Below, in pieces: positions 1 to 10,122 of a stretch of DNA of 64,000 nucleotides. The notes under the pieces are model-generated. The model saw only the letters and a program-made list of their open reading frames with translations, did not search any database and was not told the origin of the DNA. The stretch's first letter is position 1. The number at the start of each line of letters is the position of its first letter. Source of the DNA: a virus (Duplodnaviria; Caudoviricetes); IMG/VR virus record IMGVR_UViG_3300021387_001128, positions 1,602 to 65,601 of that record; one strand, 5' to 3'. The position numbers and the translations under genes were made by a program.

Positions 1-1261
1 GCAAAATAACGGAATCATCGCTTTTTTGTATAAGAATCTTAAACTGCATTCCAGAATCATGGTTGAACAGATACGGTGTTGCTTGGAAGTTTGATCTTGA
101 TACAAACGCCCCGTTTTGATAACGTGCAACCGCGATTTTTGCACCGCCGTTCGGTGTAACCGTGTTTACGTTTATTGGAACATAATCAGAGCTACGAACC
201 GCAGTATCGTTATTTGTTAATGCACCGTTCGATTGTGAAATGAACCCATACTCCAATGGTGCTTGCCATGTTTTTTCAAAAAAAGCAATGTTTCCTTCAA
301 TGTCTTCCGGATATATAGTAGTATCGTTTTTGATAAATGCAACTTTGTGTTTATACCCATCATTTGGAAGAATGTAATATTCTGGACTTGCGAAAAACGA
401 TGCTGATCTGCTGACAAAAGTCCCGTCCTGACTATAATTAACCAAACAAATCTTATTAAAAATTGATTTATTTATCTTGATTCCGTACGAAGTGACGAAA
501 TCTCTTGTAATGATGTTGTGCCCATATTGGTTTATAGCAAACGAACCGCCCACATTAACAAATCCATATTCAATTTCCGGCGTGTTTGAGTAAAGCAAGT
601 TCCCAAAGAACACATGTCTTGCATCGTCTGCCGCAATAGTGCTTCCGTCTGATTTTTTGAGGTTGACCTTGTATTTCCTTCCCGCAAGATGCGAAAGCAC
701 ATAAAAAGAATATGTACTTGATTCATCATCTCTGTGCACATACGTTCCGTTGCTTTCCCAAATTGAAACAGAAAAAGTGTAACCGCTGTCAGCAACAATA
801 TATTCTACTTCATCCGGCAGAAAATCTTCAGTTGCTAAATAACCGTTGTTAGCGCTGAAATTCCCGGTGCTTGATGCGTATATTCCGTTTTTCCAAACAG
901 AATAATTGAGATTCTGCGCCTTTTTATCCCATGTTCCAATTATATCAAGATAGTTTGACGATTGAAAGGCGCTCCTTAACTCACTAATCTCATCCTCAAA
1001 GCTAACCTCATTCCAATGCGCTGCCGTCCACGCTTCAGTCGTCGCAATATCCGTTTTCGCCACATACGGCTTATTGTCATGATAACAATACGTCTTTCCT
1101 GCATATACGGGAAAGGTCAGGTCTGCATAGTCTTTTGCAATGATTACGGTGTCGCCGCGGTCACCTTTTTCTCCTTGAACACCTTGTTCTCCTTGCGGCC
1201 CTACAAGAGCAGGTACTGCTTTCCAATTACCTTGTGAATCTTTTATTTTTAATATATCCAT
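1..1261 (-). CDS. Collagen-headed fibre/accessory virion protein (partial, runs off left end; not in ORF track)
   Basis: Manual translation from ATG 1261 with GAAAGGAG RBS: MDILKIKDSQGNWKAVPALVGPQGEQGVQGEKGDRGD..., open to base 1. N-terminus resembles that of the 1378-2931 protein. Confidence 0.75.
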   Translation of the reverse strand, partial: MDILKIKDSQGNWKAVPALVGPQGEQGVQGEKGDRGDTVIIAKDYADLTFPVYAGKTYCYHDNKPYVAKTDIATTEAWTAAHWNEVSFEDEISELRSAFQSSNYLDIIGTWDKKAQNLNYSVWKNGIYASSTGNFSANNGYLATEDFLPDEVEYIVADSGYTFSVSIWESNGTYVHRDDESSTYSFYVLSHLAGRKYKVNLKKSDGSTIAADDARHVFFGNLLYSNTPEIEYGFVNVGGSFAINQYGHNIITRDFVTSYGIKINKSIFNKICLVNYSQDGTFVSRSASFFASPEYYILPNDGYKHKVAFIKNDTTIYPEDIEGNIAFFEKTWQAPLEYGFISQSNGALTNNDTAVRSSDYVPINVNTVTPNGGAKIAVARYQNGAFVSRSNFQATPYLFNHDSGMQFKILIQKSDDSVIL

Positions 1262-1377
1262 ATTACTTTTTAACTCTCCTTTCTTTTATTAATAAATAAC
1301 AAAAGAGAAAACAGTTCATAATAAGAGCGAGACGTAATCGAATGGAATATCTCTAAAGTCTTGCTCTGTTTAAAAAT

Positions 1378-2931
1378 TTATCCGGCACACATATACGTAA
1401 TCGTCAGCCAGAAGTTCTGATTCGCAGATCTATTCTGCAAAGTATAGAATGTAATCCGATTAGGCGAAGGCAGAATATCGATCAGTGCGATGTTCTCGTT
1501 GTTCGCGCCGCCGCCTTCTGTTCTTGCGATTGGTCTGAGTGCATCGTTTGTGTAAGTGATTGGAATCGTCACATACGTATTGGTAGCCACAGCCTGCGTA
1601 AAAGTAAACACAAAAGCCATATGCACCATATTGCCGCTGCGATATACATAAGCATTGGAGATCGTACCGTCTGTGCTGCTGAAAGATACTTCATTTGAGA
1701 CATCCTGTGTTTTAAGTAGGTTTGCAATATCTGTCAGGCTGATAGGATCACTCCCGCCGTTACCGTTCGCGATAACATCTCCCTGGAACTCACCGTTGCC
1801 ATCGGCTGTCACCTTAAAAGCATTAGACCGATCATTGTTCGCAGTTCCATTTCCGACAACGAAAATCTCATTTCCATCTTGGACCACACGCTTCCAATTG
1901 GACGCTGTGAACACTGTATCAGAATTGGGAGTAATGCATTCATATCCGTATCCGAGTCTGTTGACACGTTTTCCGGCCGCATATTCTGTCCCGGAAACCC
2001 ATTCGTCATATGGAGTTCCTTCAACATTGTAAGAACCGGAAACATGCATTGTTTGAAGATTTGCAATTGTTCCAAAGCCTTCAGCGTGCGAATAATTCCC
2101 GTTTGCGAAATTGCCTTCATTCTCAACATGAGAGGACATTCCGGCCGCAATGCCGTTTTTATGGATTAAGACATTCTTATTAAGGGCTTCGCTGCTGAGA
2201 GTCTTGTTTAAGACAACAGTTCTTGTATCGGCGTTGAAACTGTTGACAACTGCTGTCACTCCGCTCTCTGTAAAAACCATTCCTTTTTCCGGAACAAATG
2301 TGCCGCCGACAACATATGATGTTGAATTTGCGGCTCCTGTAAGAGGACAGTATTGCATTTCAGCTCTGCCCTCTGCATGTGAGTATGCTCCTCTGGCAAC
2401 AGTTCCATAACCTTCGGAATGAGAAGTATTCCCAACGGCAGTCCCAACGCCTTCCGCATGAGAGTTGTCGCCATTGGCAATGCCTGTGTTTTCTGCGTGC
2501 GAACCAGCGCCAGTCGCATAAGACATTGAACCTTCGGCATGAGAGTCCAAACCACTTGCTGTCGTTTGAGATCCGGTCGCAAAAGCATATTGATTGCTTG
2601 CTTCAACTCTATCTCCAAACGCGAAACTTGCAAGGCCAACGCGAGTGTTCTCCTTACGTCCACGGCTAAGAGTTGTTGTGAGCACAGTATCTTCTTTGTC
2701 AGCTTTGCCAGATACATCAAAAGTATCTTCTCCGTTTGGATCGATCCAGGCTCTCACTAAAGGATCTGTTGGTTCTGTGCTCCCATAATAAATACCACTG
2801 TCCCCCTGTTCGCCTTTAGGACCTTGAATACCCGGCTCGCCTGGATCTCCTTTAGGACCTTTCGGCCCTGTAAGAGCGGGTAATGTAATCCATTGTCCGT
2901 TCTCGTCTCTAACTTGAATAATGTTACCCAT
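1378..2931 (-). CDS. Tail fibre/adhesin with collagen-like repeat, YadA-head-like (SHAEG) repeats and a CBM5/12-like module
   Basis: GPKGPKGDPGEPGIQGPKGEQGD; many AxGxxSHAEG repeats; WVSGTEYAAGKRVNRLGYGYECI..ASNW motif. Start placed at MGNIIQ (2931) after AAGGAG. Confidence 0.75.
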   Translation of the reverse strand: MGNIIQVRDENGQWITLPALTGPKGPKGDPGEPGIQGPKGEQGDSGIYYGSTEPTDPLVRAWIDPNGEDTFDVSGKADKEDTVLTTTLSRGRKENTRVGLASFAFGDRVEASNQYAFATGSQTTASGLDSHAEGSMSYATGAGSHAENTGIANGDNSHAEGVGTAVGNTSHSEGYGTVARGAYSHAEGRAEMQYCPLTGAANSTSYVVGGTFVPEKGMVFTESGVTAVVNSFNADTRTVVLNKTLSSEALNKNVLIHKNGIAAGMSSHVENEGNFANGNYSHAEGFGTIANLQTMHVSGSYNVEGTPYDEWVSGTEYAAGKRVNRLGYGYECITPNSDTVFTASNWKRVVQDGNEIFVVGNGTANNDRSNAFKVTADGNGEFQGDVIANGNGGSDPISLTDIANLLKTQDVSNEVSFSSTDGTISNAYVYRSGNMVHMAFVFTFTQAVATNTYVTIPITYTNDALRPIARTEGGGANNENIALIDILPSPNRITFYTLQNRSANQNFWLTITYMCAG

Positions 2932-2954
2932 TTTATTCTCTCCTTTTCGTGGCA

Positions 2955-3653
2955 TTATTCCTTCATCTTAGAGAAATCACCACTAACCCATGCAACCTGA
3001 TTGACATAGCGGATGGCGTGCCAGCCGTTCTCCGCTGTAGCGATCCAGTCGAACGAGTCATTTTTATTACAGACACCAACCTTGTTATATTCTTTGCTGT
3101 TGCCGGTGCGAATGTTAACGCTGTTGGTTGTAATAACCACTTGTTTACACTTCTTCTTTACGGCAAACTGGTCGTAATAGTTCTGACCGTAGTTTGCCCG
3201 GTTTTGCCTGCCTTTCTCGCTGCGGTCAGCAGGCTTTTCATAACGGTCTACAACCACGTCGGATGCTTCCCGTACGGATGTTGCGGCTTTTAATGCGTTC
3301 AAACAGGTTTTGTAGCCTTGCAGCTCTTGCCAGAGAAACTCTAACTGCATGTTTAAATCGCCAATAGATTTTCCATGATCCAGAGCATAGTTCAGTAAGT
3401 TCTCTTTCCGGGTTGGGTAAGTCCATTGGGCAAGACCATACCCGGCCCTGTCATCGACAAAGCCGGGATACAGTCCGTTATCCACTGAATAGGTATATTG
3501 TTCATCGGTCATATTCAGTTTTCGTTCATATGAGCCTTGAAGGTTCCGTGGATTCAGCTTGCTTTCCACATACAGATTACCCATCAGGGCCGCGACGCCA
3601 TAAGAGTTTAATATCTTGGGATATAGAAAATCCCAGACTGCCTTCTCATTCAT
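2955..3653 (-). CDS. Phage tail-type lysozyme (Phage_lysozyme2-like) with C-terminal SH3b; putative endolysin
   Basis: GVAALMGNLYVESKLNP ... GYGLAQWT ... QLEFLWQEL ... YEKPA motifs; C-terminal VNIRTG..W..I....WVSG SH3-like segment. Confidence 0.8.
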   Translation of the reverse strand: MNEKAVWDFLYPKILNSYGVAALMGNLYVESKLNPRNLQGSYERKLNMTDEQYTYSVDNGLYPGFVDDRAGYGLAQWTYPTRKENLLNYALDHGKSIGDLNMQLEFLWQELQGYKTCLNALKAATSVREASDVVVDRYEKPADRSEKGRQNRANYGQNYYDQFAVKKKCKQVVITTNSVNIRTGNSKEYNKVGVCNKNDSFDWIATAENGWHAIRYVNQVAWVSGDFSKMKE

Positions 3654-3973
3654 GGCTCAAGATGCTGATGCAGGCTTAAGACAGCCGCCTCAATCGCAGC
3701 GTCGATAGCAACAGAATCTACTTCATAACCCTGGCTTCCCAGAACGCTGAGAACATAAGCCTTTTTCTGTTTTCCTTCTTCGGAGTTATAAAGCTGCTCA
3801 GCCGCTTTCACAGCGGTAGAAATAGCCATCTTGATAAGAGCCGCCTGATTCTCACTGAGCTTTCCGTTTTCCACGTTGATCTTGCTTTTGATCCACGGGA
3901 TAACAAAATAAGTGAGCACCGCGCTGATAAGCGCAATAACAGCAAGAATAACTTGAGTTAAATCGAAAGTCAT
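3650..3973 (-). CDS. Phage holin (LL-H-like)
   Basis: 107 aa, N-terminal TM helix, AVKAAEQLY..G.QKKAYV..IDAAIEAAV pattern; lies between two cell-wall hydrolases. Confidence 0.75.
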   Translation of the reverse strand: MTFDLTQVILAVIALISAVLTYFVIPWIKSKINVENGKLSENQAALIKMAISTAVKAAEQLYNSEEGKQKKAYVLSVLGSQGYEVDSVAIDAAIEAAVLSLHQHLEP

Positions 3974-3975
3974 AG

Positions 3976-4713
3976 TTATTTCTCCTTTTCAACATTTAGA
4001 TATTTAGCCATCATGTACCAGTTCTTCCGTCTTCCGTAACTGATTCTGGCCCATTTTTCTCCGGGTGCTTCAAGCGTAACGCGTGCTCCAATAGGAATCT
4101 CCTCGTAAAGCTTGCAGGTTGTGGAAGGCTGCTGGCGCATCTTTACATACCTGCCGGACGGAGCGGTAACGATCGCAGTTGCACCGGTGGCCGGCACAGG
4201 ATTTTGCGGTGTGGTGTTTTGCGGAATCGGAATCTTAACGTCTCCTGCCAGTTTGGATAAGATGCCGTAATAGCCCCATTTACCCAATGAAGGATCAACT
4301 TTGACTGTGGGAGAAGTCATATGTGTGATGTTTAAAGGATTAATGCTGGTTACTACGCCGACGTGATAATAATCTTTAAGATCTCCGTTGTAATATGCTC
4401 CGCCTTTTTGATATCTTTTTGGGAGATCCCATTTAGAAGATCCTTTTTCGTAAGCTTTAAAAACAACGTCCCCGACGCGAAGGTCAGAGACGCTGTTAAT
4501 CTTTTTTAATTCCACAATTTCTTTCCGTGCGGCCCAGTTTGAACCGTGGATTCCTGTCCATTTCAGCCCCATTCTTCGGATTGCTCCGATAATAAGTCCA
4601 ATACAGTCACAGGTTCCGTCACTGCCGTCGCCGGGCTGACGGTAAGTAGGTCTTGATCTCTTGATTATATCTACGTATTTTAGAAAACTTTTAAGCTTCT
4701 CTTCGTATGTCAT
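3976..4713 (-). CDS. NlpC/P60-CHAP-like peptidoglycan hydrolase with C-terminal SH3
   Basis: DGTCDCIGLI (Cys nucleophile) and YYHVGVV (His) motifs; C-terminal VKMRQQPS...W..ISY..WYMMAKYL SH3-like segment. Confidence 0.7.
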   Translation of the reverse strand: MTYEEKLKSFLKYVDIIKRSRPTYRQPGDGSDGTCDCIGLIIGAIRRMGLKWTGIHGSNWAARKEIVELKKINSVSDLRVGDVVFKAYEKGSSKWDLPKRYQKGGAYYNGDLKDYYHVGVVTSINPLNITHMTSPTVKVDPSLGKWGYYGILSKLAGDVKIPIPQNTTPQNPVPATGATAIVTAPSGRYVKMRQQPSTTCKLYEEIPIGARVTLEAPGEKWARISYGRRKNWYMMAKYLNVEKEK

Positions 4714-5048
4714 CCGTTTTCTTCTCCTTCCTCTTCAGAATCTTCGTTGCTGTCATTGGCCACAGTGGAAGGATTTGTCGCGGTTCCTTTTAAGCTCAGC
4801 TCAACTTTGGTTCTTTCAAGAGCTCCAAGGATGATCTTTTCTGTCGTGCTGTTATGCGTATAAGCAACTGTATCTAATGCTTTGTTTGCGGTAACAACCA
4901 GCGTCAGATAAACACAGGCCATAGCCGCCTCAGGCCGAAAGTAAATCAGAGCAGCAATGACAAGAAGGTAGATCCCCCAGAAGATCGCTCCGTATCGGGC
5001 GAGCCATTTTGAGAACTGCTGTTTAGGGTCTATAATTTTTCTTTTCAA
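4710..5048 (-). CDS. Two-TM membrane protein in lysis cassette
   Basis: Two hydrophobic helices and an acidic C-tail. TTG start at 5048 follows GAGGGTGA (ORF track extends to 5126). Confidence 0.6.
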   Translation of the reverse strand: MKRKIIDPKQQFSKWLARYGAIFWGIYLLVIAALIYFRPEAAMACVYLTLVVTANKALDTVAYTHNSTTEKIILGALERTKVELSLKGTATNPSTVANDSNEDSEEEGEENG

Positions 5049-5058
5049 AAGATCACCC

Positions 5059-5598
5059 TCATTGCAGGAAATCTCCCTGCTGATATTTATTGTAGAAGAA
5101 CTGATAGTCTGCTTTATACACGTCATTCTGCCAGCCGTATTTCTTTACGATCTTTTCATATTCCTCATTTTCCTTGATGAGGTTCTGGAAATCTTCTTCT
5201 GTATGACGCTCTCCGACGCGTAGGGATCGTGAGAAATTAAGAACATGCACTTTAATTCGGTCTGCCCGTTGTGCGTCTATCTGTTCTTCAATTTTCTCAA
5301 GCCTGTTCTGTGTTTCCTTACAGTTGAATTGCGCATTGTTTTTAATTTCTTCCAGCGCGGCCGTCTGTTTGTCGTCCAGCTCTTTAATCTTCCGTTCTGT
5401 TTCAGTGCGCATGGTTTCGATGTCCTGCTTCAGTCCGCCGGTTAAACGTTCTCCGATCCAGTTCAGAAGAGCGGTAATAGGGGAAAGTTTGATTTTTGAA
5501 AATTCAAAAAACAAAGAAAAGAAAAAGAGTACGATAAGCGCCGACCAGCCAATGTTTTGCGATATCCATTGAGCAGCCGGCTTTACAATTTCATTCAT
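5059..5598 (-). CDS. Membrane-anchored coiled-coil protein (lysis-module associated)
   Basis: N-terminal TM (WSALIVLFFFSLFF) followed by a coiled coil; GAGGTG RBS. Confidence 0.6.
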   Translation of the reverse strand: MNEIVKPAAQWISQNIGWSALIVLFFFSLFFEFSKIKLSPITALLNWIGERLTGGLKQDIETMRTETERKIKELDDKQTAALEEIKNNAQFNCKETQNRLEKIEEQIDAQRADRIKVHVLNFSRSLRVGERHTEEDFQNLIKENEEYEKIVKKYGWQNDVYKADYQFFYNKYQQGDFLQ

Positions 5599-5684
5599 GG
5601 AAGTGCACCTCGCTCATTAATAATTGTTTCGAGCGAGACTGTAAATCATATATACAAATCTCAAATAGTTTCGCTCTGTGCATA

Positions 5685-6260
5685 TTACGCAAACATCGCT
5701 TCAATTTCTGCCGTAGACGCGATTGCGTTGTACAGAGTTCTTCCTGTAATCAGATTTGCGTCCGTAGAATCAGGGGCTGCTGCCGTTGTGTGATCGGTAA
5801 TTCCTACGCTTTCGGCTGAAGCAATGTGTCCCTGTTCTGTGATTCCAATTTTGTATAAACCCTGCGCTTTGGCCGTTGAAACGCGTCCGGAGTCTGTCGC
5901 GTGAGAATAGGCTGTATTTCCGTAATCCCCGCGAAATGCGGTGGAGCTGGTTTCACCAAGCGCAAGGGAGGGAGAGATCTCAACGTAGGAAGATCCGCCC
6001 CAGCGATAGGCAAGATTAGTATCGAGAGTAACATAGATAACGCCCGAATTTCCAGTCAGCGGAAGTTCGGACCATGTAGAACACTCAATAACATCATCAA
6101 CAAATCCGGGAAGCTGATCTGTTCGAACTTTGCCATTCTCGTCAAGCGCAGCTACCCCGTATGTATTTCCGTTGATAACAAATTGATGTGCGGCATCTCC
6201 AAGTTTTTGTGTCCCGTTTCCGATTGGGAGAACGTCTACTCCCAGATTCCATTGTGACAT
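5685..6260 (-). CDS. Hypothetical virion/fibre-associated protein
   Basis: 191-aa ORF with AAGGGAG RBS; GVAALDENGKV..QLPGFVDDVIE...YRWGGSSYVEIS..LALGETS pattern typical of phage fibre proteins. Confidence 0.6.
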   Translation of the reverse strand: MSQWNLGVDVLPIGNGTQKLGDAAHQFVINGNTYGVAALDENGKVRTDQLPGFVDDVIECSTWSELPLTGNSGVIYVTLDTNLAYRWGGSSYVEISPSLALGETSSTAFRGDYGNTAYSHATDSGRVSTAKAQGLYKIGITEQGHIASAESVGITDHTTAAAPDSTDANLITGRTLYNAIASTAEIEAMFA

Positions 6261-6276
6261 AAAGTTCTCCCTTCTT

Positions 6277-7017
6277 TCATGTGATAGTTACATTCCCGTT
6301 GGAAGCAACGGTGAATGTGAGGGTTTGGGTTGTCCCGCCGTTTGGAACAGTGACCGTAAAGGAATTTGATTGTCCGTTTGAAGATGGAAGATTGATTCCG
6401 GCGATATATTTTGTTTGTGAAACTGTTCTGCTCGGCGCGTCCGCGATGCTGGATTGAATCTCAGTTCCGGAAGGAATATAGCCGCCTGCAACACTGGAAA
6501 CCGTGATGTTTGCAGTTGCACTGCCGCCGCCAACGGAGGTAACCTGAACGCCATTGTTTGTATCGCTCAGAGTTACGTTCTGTCCGTTTGTCGATACGGA
6601 AGGAGTCACTTCATTCGTTGCGGATATTTCTCCTGTCGCTTCGTTCAGCTTAAGATAATTATCGGAATGTCCGGTTGATTCCTGAATGTCGCCCGGGTTA
6701 ATCCAGCCGGGCCTGTCAACATTAGATCCACCGCTTGCTGTTGCTTTAACGAGTGCATAATATCCTGAGGCAGGTTCTGTAGAGCTTGCAGCGCCGAAGA
6801 TTTCGCCTGTTGCGTTAGTTGCCTGAGTAGTCGCGGGAGTCGAACTGTCCGGGGAAACAGAAAGATGAATGGACCCGCCGGATGTCTGTGCCTGCTGAAC
6901 GTTAATGTTAACGTTAATATCCGTGTTGACAAACTTATCTTTTGTCCCCATGTGAACGTTGGTTCCATTTTGTTTGGTCACTGTAATATTTGCGGTTCCA
7001 TCAATTAAATTAGGCAC
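6277..7017 (-). CDS. Ser/Thr/Asn-rich beta-strand hypothetical structural protein
   Basis: 246-aa ORF, GTG start after AAGGAG, collinear with the operon. Confidence 0.6.
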   Translation of the reverse strand: MPNLIDGTANITVTKQNGTNVHMGTKDKFVNTDINVNINVQQAQTSGGSIHLSVSPDSSTPATTQATNATGEIFGAASSTEPASGYYALVKATASGGSNVDRPGWINPGDIQESTGHSDNYLKLNEATGEISATNEVTPSVSTNGQNVTLSDTNNGVQVTSVGGGSATANITVSSVAGGYIPSGTEIQSSIADAPSRTVSQTKYIAGINLPSSNGQSNSFTVTVPNGGTTQTLTFTVASNGNVTIT

Positions 7018-7037
7018 TTCTTCTCATCTCCTTTCTT

Positions 7038-7067
7038 AAAAGAATGGGCGGGCGACAGAGCCCGCCC
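7038..7067 (-). terminator. Intrinsic terminator
   Basis: GGGCGGGC-6-GCCCGCCC stem followed on the minus strand by ATTCTTTT. Confidence 0.6.
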
Positions 7068-7074
7068 TTGCAGG

Positions 7075-7488
7075 TTAAGTAACAGCATAGGTATTGTTGA
7101 ATGTTGGCATAGACCCGGAAATCAAGTTGCCATCGATATCGTAAGCCTTGTGGCCGTTAAGAAGATATTCCGAATGTCCCTGAATGTCAGCCGCGTCCGG
7201 GATCAGTTTCGCAAGGCTGATTTTTACATCGTCCGTAAATCCTTTATTCACATAAAGATAATCTCCGGATGAAAGAACAGGAGATGCTTCGGAGTCAGAT
7301 ATATCTGTGTATGTTTTTCCGCTTTCTGCCTGCCTCGTAAACGAAGCAGCCGGCACAACCGTGTCAACCTTAATATTCCGGTCAACAAATGTGTTTTCGG
7401 TAAGAAATGTTTTTGTATGTGTTCCTGCAGTTTCGACTACCTGTTGAAGTGTCCAATCTGTCTTATTGTCAATGATTACACTCGACAT
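7075..7488 (-). CDS. Hypothetical structural protein
   Basis: ORF with GAGGTGA RBS before MSSVII. Confidence 0.6.
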   Translation of the reverse strand: MSSVIIDNKTDWTLQQVVETAGTHTKTFLTENTFVDRNIKVDTVVPAASFTRQAESGKTYTDISDSEASPVLSSGDYLYVNKGFTDDVKISLAKLIPDAADIQGHSEYLLNGHKAYDIDGNLISGSMPTFNNTYAVT

Positions 7489-7500
7489 ATAAATCACCTC

Positions 7501-8232
7501 TTATCCCGATACAGAGCCGTCGTAAACAGGAACGGTAACGTCTTCAGAACCATCGTATTCAAAACTTCCGAAAGTTAATTTGTGCATCTTTGGAACATAC
7601 AATCCTTCTTCGCTGGCTGTGGTAAGCAGCTGAAGAATATTATCTTCCTTCGGGGATAACTTAATAACAAGTTCATACCCGTCCGTAATAACAATACTCT
7701 CGCTGGTAAGATGCCCTAAAATCTTTACACCGTTAATCTGCGGGATGTTGGCAAGATCGTTGTAGTCAGTGTTGGTAACGACATCAATTGGAGTTTCCAG
7801 TTGAATGATATGATAATCCGGGATTGTAACAATCGTCGCGGAAGATTCTGCACTTCTCGGATAATTGACTTCTGTCTCTGGGTCATCTGCTTCTTCATTT
7901 TCAGAAAAAGTCACTTCACCCTTTAATACAAAATCTCCGACAAAACTTTCCTTGATTAAATTCTTATAGGCGATTTGAATATCAAATTTGTACTCGTCGT
8001 ATTGCAGCCTGTTTGTATCTTCAGGTGTGATTTTAAACTGATAATCTCCTTTACCAATTTTGAAAATCTCTCCACGCTTTAAAGATTTTTGAAAGATATA
8101 ATCTCTGCTGTTGACGCTTTCTTTCACGGTAAAGTAGATACTTGTAAAATCAATATCCGAGGCTGTGCCATTCGGAGTGTTCACCATAAAGCGCTGCCAT
8201 TTGATATCGCCTCTCGGCATTGAAATTCTCAT
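7501..8232 (-). CDS. BppU-N-like baseplate upper protein domain protein
   Basis: MRISMPRGD...YFTVK...FQKSL...YQFKITPEDT..L....Y.FDIQI pattern. Confidence 0.55.
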   Translation of the reverse strand: MRISMPRGDIKWQRFMVNTPNGTASDIDFTSIYFTVKESVNSRDYIFQKSLKRGEIFKIGKGDYQFKITPEDTNRLQYDEYKFDIQIAYKNLIKESFVGDFVLKGEVTFSENEEADDPETEVNYPRSAESSATIVTIPDYHIIQLETPIDVVTNTDYNDLANIPQINGVKILGHLTSESIVITDGYELVIKLSPKEDNILQLLTTASEEGLYVPKMHKLTFGSFEYDGSEDVTVPVYDGSVSG

Positions 8233-8254
8233 AAGGCTCAGCCTCCTTTATGAC

Positions 8255-8674
8255 TTACCAGCGGCGCTCTTCCGGATAGTAACCCATCGGGTATCCGTAT
8301 GAGTTATTGCCCATGTTGCTCATATTATTCATATTGCTCATATTGTTTATGGAGCCCATGTTGTTGCTCATTCCATTATTCATCCCGTTGTTCATAGTGC
8401 CGTTCATCGGCCCGTCGGCATAGGAACGCATACGGCCAGAGTTCATACCCATGTTGATCGGAAGGTTCTGCATGGAACGCATATCCGGCTGCATCATTTC
8501 CTGCGGCTGGGAAGATTCCATAATATGGCAGTAGGATGCAATGTTCTTCATAGTATGAGATACCAGTTCAGCCCTGCGAAGATCGCTCTCCGTCATGCCG
8601 CCACCTGAGCGGAACTTCTCTTCAAAGGAGTCCATTTCCCTGCAGAGTTCTTTCATTGTGTAAGGATACATCAT
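8255..8674 (-). CDS. Hypothetical protein with Met/Asn-rich low-complexity C-terminus
   Basis: AAGGAGGTG RBS before MMYPY; C-terminal MNNGMNNGMSNNMGSINNMSNMNNMSNMGNN. Confidence 0.7.
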   Translation of the reverse strand: MMYPYTMKELCREMDSFEEKFRSGGGMTESDLRRAELVSHTMKNIASYCHIMESSQPQEMMQPDMRSMQNLPINMGMNSGRMRSYADGPMNGTMNNGMNNGMSNNMGSINNMSNMNNMSNMGNNSYGYPMGYYPEERRW

Positions 8675-8690
8675 GCTCAACACCTCCTTC

Positions 8691-9146
8691 TCACGCAAGC
8701 CGTGTTACTTCAACATTGAGGTTGCGAACATTCAAAGCCGGAGGCACGGCAGCAACTGTCGCTCCTTCGCTTGCATTCCTGACGCTGATGGTGTAGCAAC
8801 ATCCTGCAGGAACATCAATGATGGCAAACCCGCTGACGTTCCAGTATGCGTCTGCAACGGTAGGAGTTGCGGCGACGATACTGGTAGGGATAACTTCACC
8901 GTCGATCGCGAGTGCAAGCTGGATCTCTCCAACAGTCCCGTCGGCGGGAACAGCGATGTTGCCGTCGAAAGAGCAACGATAACGGGCAAACCCGGCGCAT
9001 GGATTATTTACGATACCGCGAATAGTGAGCACGCCGCTCCCTGGACGATGAAGAACATAACGGCGGGGGCAAGGAATTGCATCGTTAAGAAGGGCCGCAG
9101 CATTCGGTTGAACCAATTGGACTTCATTATAAGTAAACTCAGCCAT
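8691..9146 (-). CDS. Hypothetical beta-sandwich protein (BclA-C-like, tentative)
   Basis: 151 aa, AAAGGAG RBS; MAEFTYNEVQLV..., GCCYTISVRN; resembles a recurrent gut-phage family from memory. Confidence 0.6.
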   Translation of the reverse strand: MAEFTYNEVQLVQPNAAALLNDAIPCPRRYVLHRPGSGVLTIRGIVNNPCAGFARYRCSFDGNIAVPADGTVGEIQLALAIDGEVIPTSIVAATPTVADAYWNVSGFAIIDVPAGCCYTISVRNASEGATVAAVPPALNVRNLNVEVTRLA

Positions 9147-9231
9147 AACTCATTTCTCCTTTGTCAAAATTATGAATACATAAAGATAGGAGCCTACTAA
9201 AACAGGCTCCTAAGATGACAAAATGATTAAA

Positions 9232-9981
9232 TTAAGCAGCAGTGCCGCAGCCGCAACCAAAGTTGTTGGCACAGCAGTTAGGATTCTGCACGACATAGGC
9301 CGGCCGCGGAGTCGGAGCAAGATACTGCTCAAGAGCCGTGGTCTGCGCTTCGTTATTCGCAAGAATCTGAGCCGTCTGAGCGCCCTGAGAAGCGGCAAAA
9401 CGCAGCGCCTGATTGCTGTTGCGCTCCTGATCCAGAGCATTCTGCAGATTAGCAATCCGATTCTCGTAATTCTGCTTGATACCATCCAGCTCCAGCTGGC
9501 AAAGTTTGTCCATAATCTTCTGATTGTTGGCATCGCAGTTAGCACGAGTGTTCGCGGCTTCGCTCGCCATGGTATACTTCAGATCTGCCGTCGCACTACG
9601 ATTTTCACAGCAGCATTGCTGCAGGGAACTCTGAAGAGAGAAATTCTGGTTCATGTCGGCCATCTGTCGAGCATTGGCGGAGATTTCAGCCTGAGCAAAC
9701 CCATTGGCCTGTGCCGTGGTAAGCCCATTAATGCCGTTCATAATAGCGTTCTGGTCAAATCCACGCTGGATTTCGTTGCCGTTACCGCCGTATCCGCCAA
9801 ATCCACCATTGCCCCATCCGAACATAGCCATCCAGACAAGCAGGAACCACATCCAGTTCCCACCAAACATACCACCGTCGTTATTGTTGTAATTCCCAAC
9901 AGGAGCAACGGGCATATACATTCCATTTTCGGGCATCATAGTTTTTTCCTCCGTTTCATAATTATTGTTGCAGTAAGTCAT
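9232..9981 (-). CDS. Gly/Asn-rich, CCC-motif coiled-coil protein (spore-coat-like phage family, tentative)
   Basis: GGMFGGNWMWFLL..GWGNGGFGG, GFDQ, LQQCCCENR, PAYVVQNPNCC..GCGCG motifs. Confidence 0.7.
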   Translation of the reverse strand: MTYCNNNYETEEKTMMPENGMYMPVAPVGNYNNNDGGMFGGNWMWFLLVWMAMFGWGNGGFGGYGGNGNEIQRGFDQNAIMNGINGLTTAQANGFAQAEISANARQMADMNQNFSLQSSLQQCCCENRSATADLKYTMASEAANTRANCDANNQKIMDKLCQLELDGIKQNYENRIANLQNALDQERNSNQALRFAASQGAQTAQILANNEAQTTALEQYLAPTPRPAYVVQNPNCCANNFGCGCGTAA

Positions 9982-10073
9982 ATTTTTTCCCTCTGCATTC
10001 AAAGTCGTTAAAGGAATGAGAAACTAAATAAATAGCCCAATGGAATCACCTTCTTTCAGAGATGATTGATATA

Positions 10074-10103
10074 TAAATAAAGCCCCGGCATTGCTGCCGG
10101 AAC
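10074..10103 (-). terminator. Intrinsic terminator
   Basis: CCGGCA-GCAA-TGCCGG stem followed by GGCTTTATTT on the minus strand. Confidence 0.5.
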
Positions 10104-10122
10104 TCTATTTATACTTTGGAGA

